Assembly: GCA_016721625.1 (NCBI GenBank)
Contig: JADKHR010000001.1
Coordinates: 1,967,225-2,031,224 of the forward strand
From: Elusimicrobiota bacterium
Lineage (GTDB): Bacteria > Elusimicrobiota > Elusimicrobia > FEN-1173
Length of the DNA: 64,000 nt
Reading direction: 5' to 3'
Below the pieces are notes generated by a model. That model did not search any database and had not been told where the DNA came from. It was given only the letters and a program-made list of their open reading frames with translations. Position numbers and translations under genes: made by a program. Shown in pieces: positions 59,388-64,000 of this stretch; position 1 is the first letter of the stretch; each line of letters starts with the position of its first letter.

Positions 59388-60806
59388 ATGGAACACGAAC
59401 CCCTGAATTTTTCCATTCGATTCCACGGCGGGGCCGAGGAGGTCACGGGTTCGCGCCATTTAATTGAGTATGGGTCTTCGCGGATCCTCTTGGACTGCGG
59501 GCTCTATCAAGGCCATCGCCAGGAGGCCCTGGCCAAAACCCGTTCCTTTCCCGCCGATCCGAAAACGATATCCTCCGTCATGCTTTCCCACGCCCACATC
59601 GACCATTCGGGCGGTCTTCCTCTTCTGGTCAAAGAAGGTTACAGCGGTGTGATCCATTGCACCGCGCCCACCGCAGACCTCCTTCGTATTATGTTGATGG
59701 ATTCCGCCATGTTGCAGGAAGAAGACGCGAAATTTTTCAATAAAATTCACGCCGCTGAGGGCCTGCGCATTGAACCCCTGTATGACCAAGCGGACGTGGA
59801 GAAAACTTTGCAAGCGCTGAAGGCTCACCCCTACGATGAATCTTTCCCGGTGGTGGAAGGAGTGGAGGGGTCCTTCTTAAACGCGGGACACGTTTTGGGG
59901 TCCGCCATGGTGCATCTGGGGCTTAAAACCTTGAAACGGAAACGCCACGTTCTCTTCACGGGCGACCTGGGGCGGAGGGAAAGCATTCTGATGACGCCGC
60001 CCAAGATCCCCGCCCACGTGGACTACCTCATCACCGAAAGCACCTACGGCGGCCGATTTCATCCGCCCGTCCATGAGGCGGAATCCTTCCTGGCCAACGT
60101 GATCAATCGCTCGGAAAAGGAAGCCGGTCCTATCCTGATCCCCAGCTTTGCCCTGGAACGCACCCAGGAACTTGTGGTCATTTTGGAAAAACTTCTTCGC
60201 CAGAAACGGATCCAGCCCATCCATATCTATGTGGACAGCCCCATGGCCGCCAACATCACGGAGATTTTCCAAAAGAATTTGACCCATGTCAGTCTTTCCC
60301 AGGAATTTCGGGATTTCGCCGTTAAGGACGGAGACCCCTTTGGGCTCGGCTCGGTGCGATACGTGCGTTCGGTGGAGGATTCCAAGCGGCTGATGAACAC
60401 CCCCGGGCGGAAAATTATTATGGCCGGGTCCGGCATGTGCGAAGGGGGGCGAATTCTGCACCATTTGCGGAACTTGGTCGGTTTTTCAACCACGACTCTG
60501 CTCATCGTGGGGCACCAAGCCACGGGGACCTTGGGTCGGCGGCTTGTGGAAGGATGGAAGAAGGTGAAAATTTTCGGACTCATGCACGATGTCGCCGCCG
60601 AGGTCCACGTGCTCACGCACCTTTCCTCCCACGCGGACCAAGAAGACCTGGCCTGGTTCATCCGCAGTCTTTCCCCGCGGCCGGCCCAGACGTTCCTGGT
60701 TCACGGAGACCAGACCCAACGGGAGGCGCTGAAGGAAAAACTGAAGGGGGAGGGCATTCTCCGTGTGATCACCCCCCATTTCGGCGAAGTTTTTGAGTTG
60801 GACTGA
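59388..60806 (+). CDS. MBL-fold beta-CASP family ribonuclease (RNase J / CPSF-like)
   Basis: Metallo-beta-lactamase motif ...MLSHAHIDHSGGLPLL...; 472 aa. Confidence 0.7.
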   Translation: MEHEPLNFSIRFHGGAEEVTGSRHLIEYGSSRILLDCGLYQGHRQEALAKTRSFPADPKTISSVMLSHAHIDHSGGLPLLVKEGYSGVIHCTAPTADLLRIMLMDSAMLQEEDAKFFNKIHAAEGLRIEPLYDQADVEKTLQALKAHPYDESFPVVEGVEGSFLNAGHVLGSAMVHLGLKTLKRKRHVLFTGDLGRRESILMTPPKIPAHVDYLITESTYGGRFHPPVHEAESFLANVINRSEKEAGPILIPSFALERTQELVVILEKLLRQKRIQPIHIYVDSPMAANITEIFQKNLTHVSLSQEFRDFAVKDGDPFGLGSVRYVRSVEDSKRLMNTPGRKIIMAGSGMCEGGRILHHLRNLVGFSTTTLLIVGHQATGTLGRRLVEGWKKVKIFGLMHDVAAEVHVLTHLSSHADQEDLAWFIRSLSPRPAQTFLVHGDQTQREALKEKLKGEGILRVITPHFGEVFELD

Positions 60807-60890
60807 CCTCGACTCCATTGACCCGGGCTTCCGGTAAGGTTAAAATTCACTTTTCCAATCTACGATGTTGACCCAGGAGGTCCTTTTCCC

Positions 60891-63224
60891 ATGCATGGTT
60901 TAACCTTGTTTGAACAGAGCGCGATTTGGTGCGTTCTGGGCGTTGCGATTCTTGGTTTGTGGTATGCCGTTTTTCTCCGGAGACAGATTATGCGGGAGGA
61001 CGCCGGAACTCCCAAGATGAAAGAGGTGTGGACGGCCATTAAGGACGGCGCCGACGCCTACTTGGGTCAGCAGTTGAAGTCCATCCTCCCTCTCATTGGG
61101 GTGTTAACGGTGGCGCTTTTCTTCTCGGTGTACATCGTTCCGCCGTCGGAAGAGGCCATGGAACGTTTTTCGGGGATGACCGAAGAACGGGTCCGGATGA
61201 TCATCGGTTTTGCCCGCTCCGGCGCGTTCATCATGGGCGCCTTCTTCAGCTTACTGGTGGGCCGGATCGGAATGCGGATGGCGGTTCAAGCCAATGTTCG
61301 GGTGGCCTCTGCGGCCCGGCGGTCTTTTGGCGACGCCTTGCGGATTGCTTACCGGGCAGGAACCGTGACCGGAATGTTGACGGACGGGCTCGGCCTCCTG
61401 GGCGGGACGGTCATCTTCATTATTTTGGGCATCGCCGCTCCCGACGCGCTGTTGGGTTTCGGTTTTGGCGGGACGCTCCTGGCGCTCTTCATGCGGGTGG
61501 GCGGCGGGATTTTCACCAAGGCGGCGGATGTGGGAGCCGACTTGGTGGGCAAGGTGGAAGCGGGCATCCCCGAGGATGATCCTCGTAACCCCGCCGTCAT
61601 CGCGGACCTGGTGGGCGATAATGTCGGCGATTGCGCCGGCATGGCCGCCGATATTTTTGAATCCTATGAAGTCACCATCGTCGCCGGATTGATCCTGGGT
61701 TTGGCCCTCATGCACATCACCGGACGAATGGAATGGATCGTTTTCCCCTTGATCGTTCGGGGCATCGGCGTTATTTCCTCCATCATCGGGACCTATGTGG
61801 TGAAGGGCGGCCCCGGAAATTCCGGGAACGCCATGAAAGCCATTTTCAAGGGGTTCCTGTCCTCCGCGGCCATCAGCGCGGCGCTCTTCTTTATCGCGGG
61901 GTTTTTCTACCTCAACACGAGCGCCATGGACGCCTGGGGTGGTTGGTGGCGGACACCCATGGCGGTGGCCGCCGGCGTCCTGCTGGCCATCCTGATCGAC
62001 CGTTTGACGGAACATTTCACCGGGACGGAAGGTTCTCCGGTGAAGGAGATCAAGGCGTCCGCGGATACGGGGCCGGCGACCTTGATCCTTCAAGGGGTCT
62101 CGGCGGGTTTTGAAAGTTCGGTCTGGTCCGTGTTGGTGATCGCGGTGACGATCGTTTCGTCCATCGCGATTTTCGGCACCATCCCCGGGTTGACCCCGGG
62201 CCAACGGGTGACGTTCATCCTTTACGGCGTGGCCATGACGGGTATCGGCATGTTGACCCTGACGGGCAACAACGTCGCCATGGATTCTTTCGGGCCCATC
62301 GCGGACAACGCCAACGGAATCGGCGAAATGTCCTGGTCCGGAATGACGGATCCGGAAACCAAATCCGCCCAGCGCATCATGGCGGACCTGGACGGAGTGG
62401 GCAACACCACGAAAGCCATCACCAAAGGAGTGGCGATTGGTTCCGCCGTGATCGCGGCGGTGGCCCTCTTCGGTTCGTTCCTGGTGGACGTGGGCCGAGC
62501 CCAGGCCTCCATGGGGGTGGAAGCTTCCCAGCAAATTTCCGCCCTGGGCATCCGAGTGGACGTGCCCATCGTGTTCGTCGGCATGTTGATCGGCGGGGCG
62601 CTTCCCTGGCTATTCTCCTCCTTCGCCATTCAAGCCGTCAGCCGCGCGGCGGCATTGATCGTGCAGGAGTGTCGCCGGCAGTTCCGGTTGGGCGTTCTGG
62701 AGGGCAAGGTTCCGCCGGATTATCGCCAGGCGGTTGCCATCTCGACCACGGCGGCCCAGAAAGAGTTGGTGAGCTTGGCTCTCTTGGGCGTTCTCACCCC
62801 GATCCTGGTGGGGTTGGTGTTTCAGGTGGAGGCGTTGGGTGGGTTCTTGGCCGGTCTTATCTTGTCCGGCCAGCTCCTGGCGGTTTTCATGAACAACGCC
62901 GGGGGGGCCTGGGACAACGCCAAGAAACTCTTGGAAGAAGAGCCCAAGGACATTGCCGGGAACACGGGGAAAGGGTCCGAACGGCATAAGGCCACGGTGG
63001 TGGGAGATACGGTGGGCGACCCCCTGAAAGACACCTCGGGGCCCGCGCTGAACCCCATGATCAAGGTGGTGAACTTGGTTTCCGTCATCATTGCGCCCAT
63101 TGTGGTCCACTACCAAAACTTGGGCGCCAAGGGATGGACGGTGGCGGCTCTTCTCCTCGCGGCCTTGATTTGGGCGGTCCGCCGGTCGAAGAAACCCGTG
63201 GAAAAATTGGTGGCCGCGGCGTAA
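60891..63224 (+). CDS. hppA: membrane-bound proton-translocating pyrophosphatase
   Basis: AGGAGG RBS; 777-aa polytopic ORF with V-PPase signatures ...GGIFTKAADVGADLVGKVEAGIPEDDPRNPAVIADLVGDNVGDCAGMAAD... Confidence 0.9.
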   Translation: MHGLTLFEQSAIWCVLGVAILGLWYAVFLRRQIMREDAGTPKMKEVWTAIKDGADAYLGQQLKSILPLIGVLTVALFFSVYIVPPSEEAMERFSGMTEERVRMIIGFARSGAFIMGAFFSLLVGRIGMRMAVQANVRVASAARRSFGDALRIAYRAGTVTGMLTDGLGLLGGTVIFIILGIAAPDALLGFGFGGTLLALFMRVGGGIFTKAADVGADLVGKVEAGIPEDDPRNPAVIADLVGDNVGDCAGMAADIFESYEVTIVAGLILGLALMHITGRMEWIVFPLIVRGIGVISSIIGTYVVKGGPGNSGNAMKAIFKGFLSSAAISAALFFIAGFFYLNTSAMDAWGGWWRTPMAVAAGVLLAILIDRLTEHFTGTEGSPVKEIKASADTGPATLILQGVSAGFESSVWSVLVIAVTIVSSIAIFGTIPGLTPGQRVTFILYGVAMTGIGMLTLTGNNVAMDSFGPIADNANGIGEMSWSGMTDPETKSAQRIMADLDGVGNTTKAITKGVAIGSAVIAAVALFGSFLVDVGRAQASMGVEASQQISALGIRVDVPIVFVGMLIGGALPWLFSSFAIQAVSRAAALIVQECRRQFRLGVLEGKVPPDYRQAVAISTTAAQKELVSLALLGVLTPILVGLVFQVEALGGFLAGLILSGQLLAVFMNNAGGAWDNAKKLLEEEPKDIAGNTGKGSERHKATVVGDTVGDPLKDTSGPALNPMIKVVNLVSVIIAPIVVHYQNLGAKGWTVAALLLAALIWAVRRSKKPVEKLVAAA

Positions 63225-63251
63225 CGCGTTTCTTTAAAGAAGATCTTTTCG

Positions 63252-63296
63252 AAGAGGGCAGGTCTCCGCTCGGGGGCCTGCCCTCTTTCTTTTTGG
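63252..63296 (+). terminator. putative bidirectional rho-independent terminator between hppA and convergent OMP gene
   Basis: Inverted repeat agagggcagg ... cctgccctct followed by ttctttttg; coordinates approximate (+/-1). Confidence 0.4.
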
Positions 63297-63301
63297 GCGG
63301 G

Positions 63302-64000
63302 TTAGAAGAAGTATTTTAGGGCGAGGTAGGCTTGATCGTTGTTTCCAAAAAATCCCGTTTGACTGTAGGACGGGCCGCCGTAGATGTCGACCCCGACCTC
63401 TATCCCGATATTCGGGATGTAGCCGATATTGACCTTGGGGTTGTGGTAATAACTTTTGTCGGTGACGTTCATGTAGCCAAGATAGGAGAGTTTGACATTT
63501 CCGCTCATGAGTTCCAGGGAAAACTGTGCGCTGAGGGTGGTGGTTTTCTCTTCTGTTGGAGCGAGGATCGGGTCGTAATCCCGAATTTGGGTTTGGCTGA
63601 CGGACACATTGATGTAGGATCCCGCGGGGCCGCTGTAGTCCATGCCCCCCACGGCGGTGATCACCGGTTTCCACTGCTCTTGAAGGTTCTGGGTGGTAAA
63701 ACTTTGGCTGGAAACGTAGCTGAGGTCTCCCCGCAAACCAAAACTTCCCGCCGTGGTCTCGAACTCGAAACCGTACCGTTCTTCGCGGTCGTATCGGAAC
63801 TGAATGGGTTGGGGAGGGATAAATGGGGGGAACCCGAACTTGGAGAATTTTACCAGGTCCTCAATGCCCCCCACTTGGCCAGGCACGACGGGTGGCCCAA
63901 TGGGGAAACCCACGAGGGTCGGGATGTCCCGCCGGTGGTTCAGGTAGCTGAAGGCCAAGTCAAAACGTCCCAGGGCGCCGGAAAGGCGTCCTCCGTAGCC
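63302..64000 (-). CDS. putative outer-membrane beta-barrel protein (N-terminal part beyond window)
   Basis: Minus-strand ORF ending ...AYLALKYFF (C-terminal aromatic residue typical of OMP beta-barrels); alternating hydrophobic pattern; frame open to window edge. Confidence 0.45.
   Translation of the reverse strand, partial: GYGGRLSGALGRFDLAFSYLNHRRDIPTLVGFPIGPPVVPGQVGGIEDLVKFSKFGFPPFIPPQPIQFRYDREERYGFEFETTAGSFGLRGDLSYVSSQSFTTQNLQEQWKPVITAVGGMDYSGPAGSYINVSVSQTQIRDYDPILAPTEEKTTTLSAQFSLELMSGNVKLSYLGYMNVTDKSYYHNPKVNIGYIPNIGIEVGVDIYGGPSYSQTGFFGNNDQAYLALKYFF

Noticed and set aside
1-64000. CRISPR arrays, rRNA genes, transposases or integrases
   Set aside because: No regularly spaced direct repeats, no rRNA-like conserved stretches and no ORF with transposase or recombinase motifs were found on either strand.

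Overview
64-kb window of a high-GC bacterial chromosome (core genes ~60-68% GC by hand count), lineage not identifiable from sequence alone. Left edge (1-5.4 kb): cell-shape operon mreC(partial)-mreD-mrdA-rodA-rng. 5.4-14.7 kb: accessory stretch with a MITE-like inverted-repeat element, a pilus-like module (FG-GAP beta-propeller protein plus prepilin-type pseudopilins), an exported PLD-family protein, and several genes broken by frame changes (GbsR-like regulator, M4 protealysin-like protease, lipoprotein). 14.7-49.3 kb: a large, partly low-GC glycan biosynthesis island built around a pseudaminic-acid-type nonulosonic acid pathway (pseB, pseC, pseG/pseH fusion, pseI, two further NeuB-family synthases, two CMP-sugar-type cytidylyltransferases), with tailoring genes (two radical SAM enzymes, one B12-binding; an asparagine-synthetase-like PP-loop enzyme lacking the catalytic Cys; two methyltransferases; MBOAT/DltD-like O-acyltransferase pair; GNAT; class-III aminotransferase; aldo/keto reductase), a Wzx-type flippase and several glycosyltransferases. 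49.4-64 kb: cell-wall and housekeeping genes (asnB, FemAB-family transferase, alr, glycerate kinase, 2-hydroxyacid dehydrogenase, PBP1A on the minus strand, tRNA-Asn, HI0933-type flavoprotein, beta-CASP MBL ribonuclease, H+-pyrophosphatase, partial outer-membrane protein). No rRNA, CRISPR array, transposase or integrase was seen. Many CDS are split by single-base frame changes that, where inspected, sit in homopolymer runs; these may be sequencing indels or real pseudogenes, so spanning coordinates are given and flagged. All functional calls rest on motif and family recognition by eye, not on database searches. Coordinates I derived by hand (not taken from the ORF track) may be off by 1 nt, particularly after ~60.9 kb.
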